Below, piece after piece: positions 25,715 to 36,350 of a stretch of 64,000 nt of DNA (its first letter is position 1; each line of letters opens with the position of its first letter). A model generated the notes under the pieces. It saw nothing but the letters and a program-made list of their open reading frames with translations, did no database searches and was not told where the DNA came from. The DNA lies in IMG/VR virus record IMGVR_UViG_3300046665_000548, positions 248,001-312,000 of that record; one strand, given 5' to 3'. Made by a program: the position numbers and the translations under genes.

Positions 25715-28036
25715 ATGGCTCAATCTTTTGCTGAGTCTGATTTTTCGAGGCTTTATTTCATGAGCAACAAGGCGCAAGATTCTTCACGCCAGGAACTTGT
25801 TAATACAATCTATCGCGCAGCAGGTATTGCCCAAGAGTACGGGCATGAGTTTGTCACACTAGAGCATCTTCTTTCCGCGCTCATGGAGCAGGCGGAAGTC
25901 AAGGATTTGCTGACCATTCTCAACGTCAATCAGGAGTCGATTTCTGACGCGCTGACGACGTTCTTTTCGAGCCCCTTCATTGAGGTGACGAACACAGTTC
26001 CGTCTCCGACGAAGAGCTTCGATGAGGTGATCACACGATGTGTGGGCTCGGCACTATTCTCGGCAACACCAATTGCTACGCCGACCGGACTGCTGATCCA
26101 CTTGCTTCAGCATCCTTCGGACGACAGCCACGCGGTCACCATTCTGCTCCAGCACGGCCTTACTGCGCTGATGCTGAAGAAGCATTTGAGCCACGGCACC
26201 GCCAACGTTGGAGCCGCGCAGCCTGGGGATATGACCGGCGCTCCTGGCGCTGAGCAAGCCAACCCAATCAATACTCGCGAAGACGCCGAGAAGCTTCTCG
26301 ACAAGTATTGCGTAAACCTGAACAAGTCGGCTTTGGATTCCCGCATCGATCCGCTGATCGGACGTGCCGATGAAGTCGGACATATTGTTCAGATCGTCGC
26401 TCGTCGCACGAAGAACAACGTCGTGCTGGTTGGTGAGCCGGGTGTCGGTAAGACCGCCATTGCTGAAGGCTTGGCTCTGAAGATCGTTCGGAAGGAAGTT
26501 CCAACTGCAATCGAGGATTCCACTGTCTATTCGCTGGACATCGGCAACCTCGTCGCTGGAACACGCTTCCGTGGTGATTTCGAAGAGCGTATGAAGCAGG
26601 TCCTCAAGGCGCTGGAATTCATTCCGAACGCCATCCTGTTCATTGACGAAATCCACACCATCATGGGTGCTGGCGCTGGCTCGCAGGGATCGCTCGACGT
26701 AGCTAACCTGCTGAAGCCTGCTCTGGCGAAGGGCACGTTGCGCTGCATCGGCTCTACCACTCTGGAAGAATACCGCAAGCACTTCGAAAAGGATCGCGCT
26801 CTCCTGCGTCGCTTCAAGCGCGTAGACGTGAACGAACCGTCTCCGGAAGACTCCAAGCTCATCCTGCGTGGTCTTCGTGAGGTCTACGAGAAGTTCCACG
26901 GCATCACCTTTACGGATGAGGCTCTGGATAAGGCCGTCGAGCTTACGCACCGCTACGTCACGAACGCTTATCTGCCTGACAAGGCGATTGACGTGATGGA
27001 TAATGCTGGCGCTCGTCAGCGGGTCGCACCGGAAGCAGATCGCAAGCTGGTACTCGGTGTTCCCGAGATCGAGTTCGAGGTATCCAAGGTCGCCAAGATT
27101 CCGGCAACCGAGGTACAAGAGGACGAAGCCGAAAAGCTCGGTCGTCTGGAAATCGACCTCAAGTCTGCCGTGTTTGGCCAAGACCCTGCTGTCACCGCAC
27201 TGGTAAGCGCGATGTTCGTGGCGCGGGCTGGACTTCGCGAAGAGAACAAGCCTTCGGGATCGTATCTCTTCACTGGTCCGACCGGCGTTGGCAAGACCGA
27301 GGTGGCTCGCCAGTTGGCGAAAACACTCGGCGTGCCTCTCTTGAAGTACGACATGTCAGAGTACATGGAGAAGCATTCGGTCGCGAAGCTCATCGGTTCT
27401 CCTCCGGGCTACGTCGGTTACGGCGAAGGTGGAGCGGGCAACGGCAAGCTGACAAATGACGTGGACTCGTCTCCATATTGCGTGCTGCTGCTCGATGAAA
27501 TCGAAAAGGCACACCCAGACGTGTTCAACCTGCTGCTCCAGGTTATGGATGACGGCAGACTGACAAACTCGGCTGGCAAGAGCGTTTCGTTCCGAAACGT
27601 GGTCCTGATCATGACTTCGAATGCGGGTGCCAAGGAAGGCCAGAAGAAGAAGATCGGTTTCGGCAGCCAGGATAATTCCGCTGCTTCGGATACTGTAGTG
27701 AACGACATGTTCACGCCGGAATTCCGTAACCGTCTCGACGCGACTGTTCGCTTCGACCGCTTGAAGCCAGAGAACATCACGCTTGTGGTTGAGAAATTCC
27801 TCAATCAGCTTCGTGATATGGCCTCCCGTCGCAACGTCACCATTAAGGTGACCGATCCCGCGATGAAGTGGTTGGCCGAAAAGGGTTATGATCCGGATAT
27901 GGGCGCACGTCCGCTCGCTCGGGTTATCAACGACAACATCAAGGTGCCATTGAGCCGCCTGATGGTGATCGGACGACTGAAGGACGGCGGCGAAGCTGCC
28001 GTGCGTTTGAGTGATGACACTCTCATTGTAGAGTGA
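25715..28036 (+). CDS. clpA: ATP-dependent Clp protease ATP-binding subunit ClpA
   Basis: Clp N domain, GEPGVGKT and GPTGVGKT Walker A motifs, no ClpB middle domain, IGF loop; start may be 25760. Confidence 0.92.
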   Translation: MAQSFAESDFSRLYFMSNKAQDSSRQELVNTIYRAAGIAQEYGHEFVTLEHLLSALMEQAEVKDLLTILNVNQESISDALTTFFSSPFIEVTNTVPSPTKSFDEVITRCVGSALFSATPIATPTGLLIHLLQHPSDDSHAVTILLQHGLTALMLKKHLSHGTANVGAAQPGDMTGAPGAEQANPINTREDAEKLLDKYCVNLNKSALDSRIDPLIGRADEVGHIVQIVARRTKNNVVLVGEPGVGKTAIAEGLALKIVRKEVPTAIEDSTVYSLDIGNLVAGTRFRGDFEERMKQVLKALEFIPNAILFIDEIHTIMGAGAGSQGSLDVANLLKPALAKGTLRCIGSTTLEEYRKHFEKDRALLRRFKRVDVNEPSPEDSKLILRGLREVYEKFHGITFTDEALDKAVELTHRYVTNAYLPDKAIDVMDNAGARQRVAPEADRKLVLGVPEIEFEVSKVAKIPATEVQEDEAEKLGRLEIDLKSAVFGQDPAVTALVSAMFVARAGLREENKPSGSYLFTGPTGVGKTEVARQLAKTLGVPLLKYDMSEYMEKHSVAKLIGSPPGYVGYGEGGAGNGKLTNDVDSSPYCVLLLDEIEKAHPDVFNLLLQVMDDGRLTNSAGKSVSFRNVVLIMTSNAGAKEGQKKKIGFGSQDNSAASDTVVNDMFTPEFRNRLDATVRFDRLKPENITLVVEKFLNQLRDMASRRNVTIKVTDPAMKWLAEKGYDPDMGARPLARVINDNIKVPLSRLMVIGRLKDGGEAAVRLSDDTLIVE

Positions 28037-28041
28037 TACAA

Positions 28042-28070
28042 AATCGGGGCAGGGTTTTCCTGCCCCGATT
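28042..28070 (+). terminator. hairpin after clpA
   Basis: AATCGGGGCAGG-GTTTT-CCTGCCCCGATT, 12-bp stem. Confidence 0.7.
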
Positions 28071-28131
28071 ACTCTGAAGTTACTACTTTTATACTTCCAG
28101 TTTTTTCATCTATTGTTTGCGAGTACCGACC

Positions 28132-28521
28132 ATGATCGATGAGGACGACCTCTATTGTGAGGGCACATCCGCCTATCCGGACGCTTTCCTAGACCATCTC
28201 GCAGAATTAGCCGACCAAGAGTTCGACACTACGGTGCCGTTCGACCTCGGCCGCTCTGTGTCCTTCAACCCATATGTGTTTGGCAGCCTCGGTGACGGTC
28301 CTAATATTGGCCGCTGGGCTCGCTTCAACGGAGGAACTGTCAAGAGTGCCGTGGACGGCACTGACATTGAACTAGCGCCTGCTATTGGACAGATTGTTGG
28401 CGACCTTTTCGGTCGTGTGATCATTTTTGCCGAAGAAAGCTACTACATTGGGTGGCTTCGGACAGTCGATTTTGAGTACCTAACAGTTTTTGAGGCTAAT
28501 ACTACATCATGGATAAACTGA
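28132..28521 (+). CDS. hypothetical protein
   Basis: ORF in a plus-strand run. Confidence 0.6.
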   Translation: MIDEDDLYCEGTSAYPDAFLDHLAELADQEFDTTVPFDLGRSVSFNPYVFGSLGDGPNIGRWARFNGGTVKSAVDGTDIELAPAIGQIVGDLFGRVIIFAEESYYIGWLRTVDFEYLTVFEANTTSWIN

Positions 28522-29153
28522 GGGATTCCCTCCGCGAGCATTCGTACGTCAACTACATTCCTCTTACAAAATTGTTCTTTCGAAAGTACGCATACAAGGT
28601 TGAAGTTCATTTAGAACGGTACCTTAGCAAGAGAGAAGCTAACTGTTTTGAGTTCACGCGATTTCCCAGTCGTCGTTGGGCCTACGGAGCGGATGTAGCG
28701 GCTGCCGCTTGTGAGGAGATAGCAGGAACGTACAAGACACGCCGCCAGGGTGCATTCTGTTCGTTCTATTTCGAAACCGAAAACGACGCGCTCACATTTG
28801 TAGAGACGAGCAAGCCGTTTATTACTGAAATCGTTGCTCCTATGAGCGACGAGGAACGAACTACCCTAATCGATGACGCAACCGTGCGTATTCGGAAAAC
28901 TCTGTTCTGGGGGAAGTACCGATGGATGGTGCGTCTCCGATGGATGAGAGAAGACGAATGGGATAGTTTAATAGAACTGGCCGAGGGGGCTTACCCGACG
29001 CCTGAAGGTCAAGAGATTCCCCGCTGCACATTGCAAGGCGGGTATCCTCTAAGAGCATTTTTTAACGATCAGAACGACATGCTCCAATTTCGGATCATGG
29101 CCTCTGAGAATGTATTTCAAATTGAAAAAGCAGTATTGCGAGAAGAGATTTAA
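28509..29153 (+). CDS. hypothetical protein, distant member of the F-x-D-xx-F paralog family
   Basis: FYFETENDALTF and FFNDQNDMLQFRIM. Confidence 0.7.
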   Translation: MDKLRDSLREHSYVNYIPLTKLFFRKYAYKVEVHLERYLSKREANCFEFTRFPSRRWAYGADVAAAACEEIAGTYKTRRQGAFCSFYFETENDALTFVETSKPFITEIVAPMSDEERTTLIDDATVRIRKTLFWGKYRWMVRLRWMREDEWDSLIELAEGAYPTPEGQEIPRCTLQGGYPLRAFFNDQNDMLQFRIMASENVFQIEKAVLREEI

Positions 29154-29154
29154 T

Positions 29155-29505
29155 ATGATCAACAAAGATTTGTTCACTGCATTGGTTAGCGCAAATATTG
29201 TCAAAGAAGGTACCGAGATCGAAGCCTTCTACAAGGGTAAGGACTTGGCGGGACACAACAGTATCCCATCCCGTGGCACCTTTGTGATCGTTGAAACCGC
29301 TGAATCAACCACTGGATATGATTTTGTCTGCGCAAGCGTGGTTGACGGCTCTCGTCGTACCATCCCGAGCCAGGATATCATCATCATTGATGGCATGGAG
29401 CCTGCGCGTATCGCCAGCACCTACGGTCTTTCCACGTCTGGTCAGGCCGTTAAGCAGGGCAAGCGCCGTGGTCGTCGCCCGAAGCATCTGCGTGATGCGG
29501 CATGA
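29155..29505 (+). CDS. hypothetical protein with basic C-terminus
   Basis: GMEPARIA...GKRRGRRPK. Confidence 0.75.
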   Translation: MINKDLFTALVSANIVKEGTEIEAFYKGKDLAGHNSIPSRGTFVIVETAESTTGYDFVCASVVDGSRRTIPSQDIIIIDGMEPARIASTYGLSTSGQAVKQGKRRGRRPKHLRDAA

Positions 29506-29687
29506 CGGTAGCTCAACTAATCGCCGCCCTGAGCGAAGCAAGAGACCCTAACTCGACCGTCTACGTCGGTGGATGCGGGGTAGAGCAATTGTCCATCGCC
29601 CGCGTCATCGAGCCCACTGACGAGAAAAAGCTAGAAGAAGAAAACGTCTATCGTGAGTGTGTCGTTATAGTATGGGATGCGGCTTAA
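29502..29687 (+). CDS. small hypothetical protein
   Basis: ATGA overlap. Confidence 0.6.
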   Translation: MTVAQLIAALSEARDPNSTVYVGGCGVEQLSIARVIEPTDEKKLEEENVYRECVVIVWDAA

Positions 29688-29801
29688 AGAGTGAGGTTAA
29701 ACAACCATTTATGGCGAAAGCATAACTACTTCATCATGTGTGTTACTAGATAGCCGAACTTGAGTCTCCTCTGGTTCGGCAGGACCTTCAGGAGACTTAT
29801 T

Positions 29802-30200
29802 ATGCGGAACGCTTTCGACGTGTTTTGCCGCGCCTGTGTATCATGGGCTGGCTCACCAATGGCTTTTCTTTGGGCCTTCCTCACTGTCATTCTATGGGCT
29901 CTAACTGGTCCTCATTTTGGTTGGTCGGATTCCCACTCCCTCTTCATCAACACCTGTACTACAATCGTGACGTTCCTAATGGTGTTCGTGCTTCAGAACT
30001 CACAGAACCGCGACACCGATTTGCTTCAGGCGAAGATCGATGCGATGCTTCGCATGCAGGGTCAGATGATGATCAAGATGATGAAGCTGGAAGAAACGAC
30101 AGAGGAAGAAATGGATGATCTCCAGGAACAGCACAAGAAGCTTCTCGCTGAGGTGCAGCGTCTAACGCGTTCCCCTATTCGACATAAAAAGGCAGCTTGA
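29802..30200 (+). CDS. low-affinity iron permease (Fet4-like) family membrane protein
   Basis: FGWSDSHSLFINTCTTIVTFLMVFVLQNSQNRD...QAKID signature; AGGAG SD. Confidence 0.8.
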   Translation: MRNAFDVFCRACVSWAGSPMAFLWAFLTVILWALTGPHFGWSDSHSLFINTCTTIVTFLMVFVLQNSQNRDTDLLQAKIDAMLRMQGQMMIKMMKLEETTEEEMDDLQEQHKKLLAEVQRLTRSPIRHKKAA

Positions 30201-30604
30201 TGTTTACTCTGAAGGGTTACTTCAAAATCGATTTTGGCAATCTGATAAGCAAGCTCAATGGGACCGCTGAGAAATTTACAGATTCTGTAACCGATCTCGG
30301 GATGCAGTTTTCGAAAAAATTGCTCGTTATCGAAACGAAGGATAGCGAAGACGGCTCTACATTTCGGTTCGTCAAAGCATTAGAGACGGATGACAAATGG
30401 TTGCTGAGAGTAACCATGCTGCGCTCAGATGGCGAACCATCGTACAGCCTTCGGTTCCATGATATGAAGATCGTGAAGCACGATGTTGCTCTTGGCAACA
30501 CGATCTCTCAAACGTTGTTCAATGGAATTGGCGTGACATACGATAAACCACCCGTAAATCACACCATTCATTTGTCGTTTGGTAGCTACGATATCGAAGA
30601 TTAG
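30197..30604 (+). CDS. hypothetical protein
   Basis: 135-aa ORF overlapping the upstream stop. Confidence 0.65.
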   Translation: MMFTLKGYFKIDFGNLISKLNGTAEKFTDSVTDLGMQFSKKLLVIETKDSEDGSTFRFVKALETDDKWLLRVTMLRSDGEPSYSLRFHDMKIVKHDVALGNTISQTLFNGIGVTYDKPPVNHTIHLSFGSYDIED

Positions 30605-30774
30605 TCTTCGACGCGTTGAACTTCGACAACTGCCGAGGAATCGCCAACCATTTCCTGAGCCATTGCTTCGATGCCAGCAACAAAATCGTCGCTAACGATG
30701 GAATCGGTGGCCGTTCCGTCACGGACGAGCTTGGAAACGGTAATGAGGACGGTCTCTGTAACGATCTTTGCCAT
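30601..30774 (-). CDS. small hypothetical protein (57 aa)
   Basis: Read by hand: MAKIVTETVLITVSKLVRD...; GGAG SD; TAAATA at 30802-30807. Confidence 0.65.
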   Translation of the reverse strand: MAKIVTETVLITVSKLVRDGTATDSIVSDDFVAGIEAMAQEMVGDSSAVVEVQRVED

Positions 30775-30804
30775 GGGACTTACTCCAATAAAGTATACTT
30801 TTAT

Positions 30805-31059
30805 TTATCCTTCCGCGTTGTGGTAGCGCAGGTAGAAAAACAAACAATCACGTTGATTCCGAAACCAAAATCGACCCATCGTGTGATACCAGACGCCGCT
30901 TGGTTCGCCTTCTTCCAACCAAAACTCACGTGGCTCGGCCGTCCGACCGAACATTTCCCTTGTTTTCTCATAGATCACCCAACCGAAGTCGCAGCCTGTC
31001 ATGCTGACTCCAAACGGAAAAACGTCCCTCGGCGGCAAAAAATTAAGTTCGATACTCAC
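30805..31059 (-). CDS. hypothetical protein, F-x(3-4)-D-xx-F paralog family
   Basis: C-terminus WFRNQRDCLFFYLRY; GTG start assumed. Confidence 0.65.
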   Translation of the reverse strand: MSIELNFLPPRDVFPFGVSMTGCDFGWVIYEKTREMFGRTAEPREFWLEEGEPSGVWYHTMGRFWFRNQRDCLFFYLRYHNAEG

Positions 31060-31070
31060 TAAATATCTCC

Positions 31071-31478
31071 ATGGCCCTTCGTAGCATAATGTTGCTTGGC
31101 AACACACAAGACAAGATGTCCGACATCGGTGAACCGTTCCGAGCCGATGGCTGGTATGGACATGGCGAACATCTATACACGGTCGCTATTCACGTTGCTA
31201 GATTCCAGGGAACAGTATTCATTGAGGGATCGCTTGTTGCGGAGCCTACGGATGCTGACTGGTTTAACGTGGTCGAGCCAATAGAGTTTGGAAGCGGAGA
31301 CGAACCGGCCGGTTACAGATCGGCAGAGACCCTAGCGCAGGGAATAACGTTCAAGGCCAACGTCGCTTGGATCAGGGCGCGTATGGATCGCCCAGACTTC
31401 TCCGACATCTATCCGGAAGACGGAAACCTTGCGGCGACCCTTTGGGGTATCGTGGATCGCATTCTGATCAACGCTTAA
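31071..31478 (+). CDS. late hypothetical/structural protein
   Basis: TAAATA-TCTCC-ATG. Confidence 0.75.
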   Translation: MALRSIMLLGNTQDKMSDIGEPFRADGWYGHGEHLYTVAIHVARFQGTVFIEGSLVAEPTDADWFNVVEPIEFGSGDEPAGYRSAETLAQGITFKANVAWIRARMDRPDFSDIYPEDGNLAATLWGIVDRILINA

Positions 31479-31511
31479 CGCTAAATATCTGAAATATTGG
31501 GCAAAGCAATC

Positions 31512-32150
31512 ATGATGCATCCGGTCAACATAGTTCGTTTTATTGCGCTGTCGGCAGACGACGAGCTTGAAAAGAAAGTCGTGAAAGACTGGTACAACTG
31601 CGTTTGCGAGAACGCCCCTTCGGGCGTGACCATATCGGTACCGAACGTTGACAACGGCGGCACGCCTAGAACGGTTTCTCTGGTGCATCGCGAAACTGAA
31701 GGTTCCCACCACTATATTGTACCTTTGACCCGCGATTTGAACGAGAAAGAGGCCGAGAAGGTCATCAACGCTTGGGAGAGCGAACATCCAGATATGGAGT
31801 TCGACATTCGAGTCAGCGCATCTATGCCCGAACGCCTGGACCAGCAGCACCCAATGGTGACTGTCGAGCAGGACCGATATCTGGCTATGTGCACCCAGTG
31901 GGCAAAGCGCCAACACGAAGAGTGGTTCAAGGATCGCGCCGATAATGGTTGGCGTTATGGCCCGACATTCAGCATCTCGAACAAGATGCACCCGCTCATG
32001 ATGCCGTGGGAGCAACTGCCGGACAAATACCGAAAGATCGATCTGGAGGCTCCCCAGAAGCTCCTAGACCTACTCAACGATCAGGGTTACGCGGTTATCA
32101 GCAAAGGTGAGCTTGAAGCGATCATGAAGCTCATGCGAAACTTCGTCTGA
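31512..32150 (+). CDS. RyR-domain protein
   Basis: AKRQHEEW...GWRYG...HPLMMPWEQLP...D RyR repeat; TAAATA at 31482. Confidence 0.75.
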   Translation: MMHPVNIVRFIALSADDELEKKVVKDWYNCVCENAPSGVTISVPNVDNGGTPRTVSLVHRETEGSHHYIVPLTRDLNEKEAEKVINAWESEHPDMEFDIRVSASMPERLDQQHPMVTVEQDRYLAMCTQWAKRQHEEWFKDRADNGWRYGPTFSISNKMHPLMMPWEQLPDKYRKIDLEAPQKLLDLLNDQGYAVISKGELEAIMKLMRNFV

Positions 32151-33037
32151 TGCGCTGGTCTGAGCTTTTAGCAGAAGCCGCGCAAACCGTGCGTGTCTAC
32201 CATGGCACCGATGCCGCATTTAAGAAGTTCGGTGATCAGTTTCGTGGTTCGAGTCACGGCAACACGCCTTCGAACAAAGCAGGATTTCATTTCTCAGACA
32301 GTCCCGAGGTGGCCAAGACCTTTGGAAACAGCGTCCTTCAATGTGATGTGACCTTCCAGCGCCCGTATGTGGTTGACGCCAAGGGCCAAAATTATTCCCA
32401 ATTCAAGCACCGTCTCAATGACATCCTGGATCGCTTAGATCGGTCGAAGTACGACGGGATCATTCTGAAGAATTACCTGGACGCTGGAAAACATGGCGGT
32501 GATTACCTGTTAAGTAATCACTACATTCCGTTCTCGTCAGGTCAAATCAAAGTAGTACCGAATAAGTCTTCGCCACAGAAAGTGTCCGAACGGCTCGCTC
32601 AAGAGATAGTGCATCACAACCCATCGGCTGGAGCTATCAAAGCACTGACAAAGGGCGGACCGCAGCGTTTCGTAATCTCCAAGGACGGCGACCTATACGT
32701 GGGCGATGCCTATCGATTCACTCATCAGCAGATTTTTCCCGCCATGATGGCGACGGCTGTGAGGGGATATTTCTATTTCAAGGATGGCGAGTTCGTCTAC
32801 AGGACGATGGGACCATTCGATAACATTCCCCGTGACCACGATATGCTTCGCATGTTCGAAAGAAGTGGAATTCATCCCATGAAGGCGGATGCCGAGGTGG
32901 ATGAAAGCTTTATGGACAAAGTGAGCAGCAAAATAACCGCGAACATCAAACCCAATAAGGTCACGCCGCAGCGCGGTCGGTCTATGCCGGGCAGTGATCC
33001 ATTAAAAAATCCCACTCGTCGTAAGCGCTACATGTAA
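32150..33037 (+). CDS. ADP-ribosyltransferase-fold protein, probably virion-packaged
   Basis: VYHGT...GFHFSDSPEVAKTFG H-type ART motifs; N-terminus MRWSELLAE. Confidence 0.6.
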   Translation: MRWSELLAEAAQTVRVYHGTDAAFKKFGDQFRGSSHGNTPSNKAGFHFSDSPEVAKTFGNSVLQCDVTFQRPYVVDAKGQNYSQFKHRLNDILDRLDRSKYDGIILKNYLDAGKHGGDYLLSNHYIPFSSGQIKVVPNKSSPQKVSERLAQEIVHHNPSAGAIKALTKGGPQRFVISKDGDLYVGDAYRFTHQQIFPAMMATAVRGYFYFKDGEFVYRTMGPFDNIPRDHDMLRMFERSGIHPMKADAEVDESFMDKVSSKITANIKPNKVTPQRGRSMPGSDPLKNPTRRKRYM

Positions 33038-33074
33038 ATCGACAATCTCGAAAGCTTTTTGTAAAGCTATTAGG

Positions 33075-33350
33075 ATGTCGCTTAACACTGATTACTTTGC
33101 GCATGAAACATTATTCTTAGTTCGCGTCAGACCAGTAGTATCTGAAATGCGCGATATGCTCCAGTTTTGTTATGAGAATGTTTCTCAAGACTGGAATTAC
33201 TATCCGCGCTTCATTCCAATGCATGGCACCTACGGCGAACCATCTATTGATCCGGCCTACTTTTGGTTCGCTGATAGTAAGGACATGATATTGTTTCGGC
33301 TTCGCTTCGACAGTTCAGCGGCATCAACTACACAGGATGCCAACCCATGA
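33075..33350 (+). CDS. hypothetical protein, F-x(3-4)-D-xx-F paralog family
   Basis: FWFADSKDMILFRLRF. Confidence 0.7.
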   Translation: MSLNTDYFAHETLFLVRVRPVVSEMRDMLQFCYENVSQDWNYYPRFIPMHGTYGEPSIDPAYFWFADSKDMILFRLRFDSSAASTTQDANP

Positions 33351-33538
33351 AGATTATCAAGCAAGGCAAGAGATACCGTCCCCCAATCGTGGTGACTTGC
33401 TCTGAATGTGATGCGCAGATCGAGGTCGATCAAAACGATTGGAAGAGCGGTACTTACGGGGGCGAAAAGGTTGTGTCGTGTCCGTGCTGCCAAGCATGTA
33501 TCGTAAAGCCGGGAACCGAATATACTGGCGATTTCTGA
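33347..33538 (+). CDS. zinc-ribbon protein
   Basis: CSEC...CPCC. Confidence 0.65.
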   Translation: MKIIKQGKRYRPPIVVTCSECDAQIEVDQNDWKSGTYGGEKVVSCPCCQACIVKPGTEYTGDF

Positions 33539-33561
33539 TTTTTTCGGGGTATACTGTCGTT

Positions 33562-34947
33562 ATGACAGCACTCGACATCATCAAGCAGCTTTTGGCCACA
33601 TCGAGCCGAAACGACAAAGAACAGATTCTATACAACGCATTCATGAGCGGACAACGAGATTTCTTCGTTGGAGCCCGCTTGGCTTGCGATCCTCTCATTT
33701 CGTTTGGCGTCGCGAAGGTGCCGAAGATCGATGAGGATGACGGCGCGCAGGGAAGCTTGGATTTCAATGACTTCCTCGTATTGGCCAATCGTCTCCGCAA
33801 ACGTGAGCTAACCGGTCACGCCGCGCGTGATGCCATCCTGGCCGCGCTGGACCGCTCTCATGTCGAAACCTGGAATCTATTCTATCGCCGTGTCCTGCTG
33901 AAAGACTTGAATGTCGGCGTAGAGACCAGCACGATCAACAAGGTCTTGAAGAAGTTATCCGATGCTCACCCGGAAGCTTCCGAATACATGATCCCCGTCT
34001 TCATGGCGCAAATGGCCAAGGACGGGCGCGACCCGGCCAATGAAAAGCATCTGCGCGGCAAGAAGATGCTCGACTATAAGCTGGACGGTGTGCGGTTGCT
34101 TAGCGTGCTCGACAAAGAGTCGAATACGGTCACCCAGTACGTGGGCCGCAACGGTAATTTGAACGAGAATTTCACTGAGGTTCGCGAAGCCTTGGCGAAG
34201 CTGATGGAGCAACTTCCTGGGTCAGTTGTGCTCGACGGAGAGATCATCTCTGAGGAGGGCTTCCAGAAGCTGATGAAGCAGATCAACCGGGACCAGGATT
34301 CGAAGGACACCAAGCGCACTCGCCTTGCTCTGTTCGACATCATCCCGCTCTCGGATTTCAAAAGTGGCTTTTGCAAAACGCCACTGCGCGAACGCCACAA
34401 CGTGCTGTCTCAACTACAAACATCAGGAATGATGAATGCAACCTCTGGTGACTACGTTTATGTGGTACCAAAGGTGGAAGTCGATCTCGACGCTCCTGGC
34501 GGTTGGGACGAAGCCCTGCGGATCACCGAAGAAGCTATCGCGGCGGGTTACGAAGAAGCCGTCATGTATAAGGACCCCGAGGCCGGGTATGAATGCGGCA
34601 AGCGATCCAAGAACTGGCTCAAGCGCAAGCCTTTTATTGAGGTAAGTCTTGAGGTTGTCGAAATCATCAAGGGCGACGATGATGGCAAGTACAGCGAGTT
34701 CATGGGACGGATGCGCTGCCGTGGCATCGATAACGCCTTCCCCGGCAAGCTGATCGACGTGAAGGTCGGCGGTGGCTTTACTGACGAACAACGGGTTGAC
34801 TTCTGGCAACGAAAAGACGAATTAATCGGTATGATTGCCGAAATTCGGGCTGACGCTCTATCGCTGGATGAAGATGGGGTGACGTATTCGCTTCGCTTCC
34901 CGCGTTGGAAGGGCTGGCGGGGCACCCAGAAGGGCGAGAAACTGTAA
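33562..34947 (+). CDS. lig: ATP-dependent DNA ligase
   Basis: DYKLDGVR (KxDG), VLDGEI, FDII, WLKRK, VGGGFTD, LRFPR. Confidence 0.95.
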   Translation: MTALDIIKQLLATSSRNDKEQILYNAFMSGQRDFFVGARLACDPLISFGVAKVPKIDEDDGAQGSLDFNDFLVLANRLRKRELTGHAARDAILAALDRSHVETWNLFYRRVLLKDLNVGVETSTINKVLKKLSDAHPEASEYMIPVFMAQMAKDGRDPANEKHLRGKKMLDYKLDGVRLLSVLDKESNTVTQYVGRNGNLNENFTEVREALAKLMEQLPGSVVLDGEIISEEGFQKLMKQINRDQDSKDTKRTRLALFDIIPLSDFKSGFCKTPLRERHNVLSQLQTSGMMNATSGDYVYVVPKVEVDLDAPGGWDEALRITEEAIAAGYEEAVMYKDPEAGYECGKRSKNWLKRKPFIEVSLEVVEIIKGDDDGKYSEFMGRMRCRGIDNAFPGKLIDVKVGGGFTDEQRVDFWQRKDELIGMIAEIRADALSLDEDGVTYSLRFPRWKGWRGTQKGEKL

Positions 34948-34956
34948 GGAGCGCTT

Positions 34957-35544
34957 GTGGGTAAGTTACTAGCATACCCGATAGATTTCTCTTCTTATGA
35001 TCGAGCACGCAGCGAGTCCAAACCGGGATTAGACCCGGAATGGTATTTCACGCGCGACATTTACGTCGGCTCAACCTCATCGGGCTCCCACTCGACATGG
35101 GATGTCTCCAGCACATTTCCGTTTTCAGTTGCGATCCATTCTGATGTGTTGAGCGCAAGAAACGATTGGCCGAAAGATGCTGCTCATGAACGATCCCGTA
35201 AGCTCAAAGTAGAAATTCGCACGTTCATTGAGATGGAAATATCCAATACGGTGATCCGGACCGACCAATCGACGCATTACACTTTCGTGTGGCCGCCCGC
35301 GAAAGATAGGAAAGAAGCTGTTATTCGAGACGTGAGTCACGGCTATTGCGTATTCAATTTCGTTACCGAACCCGACGCCATACTCTTCAAGCTCCGGTTC
35401 GCTGACTATGTGAGTGGAATATCCGAATTTCATCCAGATTATCAGCCTGACGGGGAATCGTTTACTGCTAAGTCCGAGTGGGAAGCCAGGACAGCGATAC
35501 AGGAGAAGTGGGGATATGCGGCAGTCCCAAGGCAGAAATGGTAG
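34957..35544 (+). CDS. hypothetical protein, paralog family
   Basis: FNFVTEPDAILFKLRF; GGAG SD, GTG start. Confidence 0.75.
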   Translation: MGKLLAYPIDFSSYDRARSESKPGLDPEWYFTRDIYVGSTSSGSHSTWDVSSTFPFSVAIHSDVLSARNDWPKDAAHERSRKLKVEIRTFIEMEISNTVIRTDQSTHYTFVWPPAKDRKEAVIRDVSHGYCVFNFVTEPDAILFKLRFADYVSGISEFHPDYQPDGESFTAKSEWEARTAIQEKWGYAAVPRQKW

Positions 35545-35668
35545 GAGACGCGTTCTAACGGCCACCGAAGCGATTCTGGCCGGATCGAACACCTTGTCGT
35601 TGGAAGACCAATCACGGCCTCACCGCGTCCCTCTGTGGCCGCTAGAGCCATCCTAGAGGAAATCTCTG

Positions 35669-36043
35669 ATGTCCACAGAAGCAACTTTGACTGATACTCC
35701 GGAGATCATCACGTTGAACTACGACTGGTATCATCTCCAGATGCTGGTGTTCGTGTCTTACGATGAAACGCAAGAAGAAGGAGATACTGCATCGGCGTCA
35801 CTGATGAGCGCTGCCGAGACCGATGGAATCGTTCCAGACCCCGATTGTTGGCGGATGGAGGGAAGCGGTTGGTTCATAGTGCTGCGCGAGGACATCCGTA
35901 AATGGTTGTTGGACAACCTAGGACCATATTCGCTGAATGGGGAATACGTCGCGCTTAGCCTCCCCAAAGATACAGGCAGTCAAGTTGCCCTTCGCTTCAA
36001 GAGCCACAGAAACGCAATCGCGTTCAAGATGACGTGGTTCTAA
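35669..36043 (+). CDS. hypothetical protein, paralog family
   Basis: LRFKSHRNAIAFKMTWF. Confidence 0.75.
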   Translation: MSTEATLTDTPEIITLNYDWYHLQMLVFVSYDETQEEGDTASASLMSAAETDGIVPDPDCWRMEGSGWFIVLREDIRKWLLDNLGPYSLNGEYVALSLPKDTGSQVALRFKSHRNAIAFKMTWF

Positions 36044-36342
36044 TGCCTATAGATTCGCCAGCCAGCGTCAGCCTATGGGGAGACTTTCCCGATTGGTTTG
36101 ACAGGGCCAAATCCGAATATCCGCATATCGTAAAGTTCGAACCAAAAGACGACAACACCATTTTTGAAGCCTACGCGTGGTGCAAGGACCGTCTGGGATA
36201 TCCTGCACGTATGGATGATTTGCAACGTCCTCTTATACGACCCGAGGGGGTATGGCTGACGTTTGGCCTGAAAACTCATAATCCGCAAATTTGGTTTCGC
36301 GACGAAAAGGATGCTAGTCTGTTTCGAGTATTTTTTGGATGA
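36043..36342 (+). CDS. hypothetical protein, paralog family
   Basis: IWFRDEKDASLFRVFFG; TAATG overlap. Confidence 0.75.
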   Translation: MPIDSPASVSLWGDFPDWFDRAKSEYPHIVKFEPKDDNTIFEAYAWCKDRLGYPARMDDLQRPLIRPEGVWLTFGLKTHNPQIWFRDEKDASLFRVFFG

Positions 36343-36350
36343 TTTGAAAT

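Noticed and set aside
26054-27181. Long antisense ORFs opposite clpA, DNA polymerase, ligase and rnh (e.g. 26054..27181, 38343..39272) and 56914..57708
   Set aside because: Shadow frames from codon bias of the real genes; no motifs
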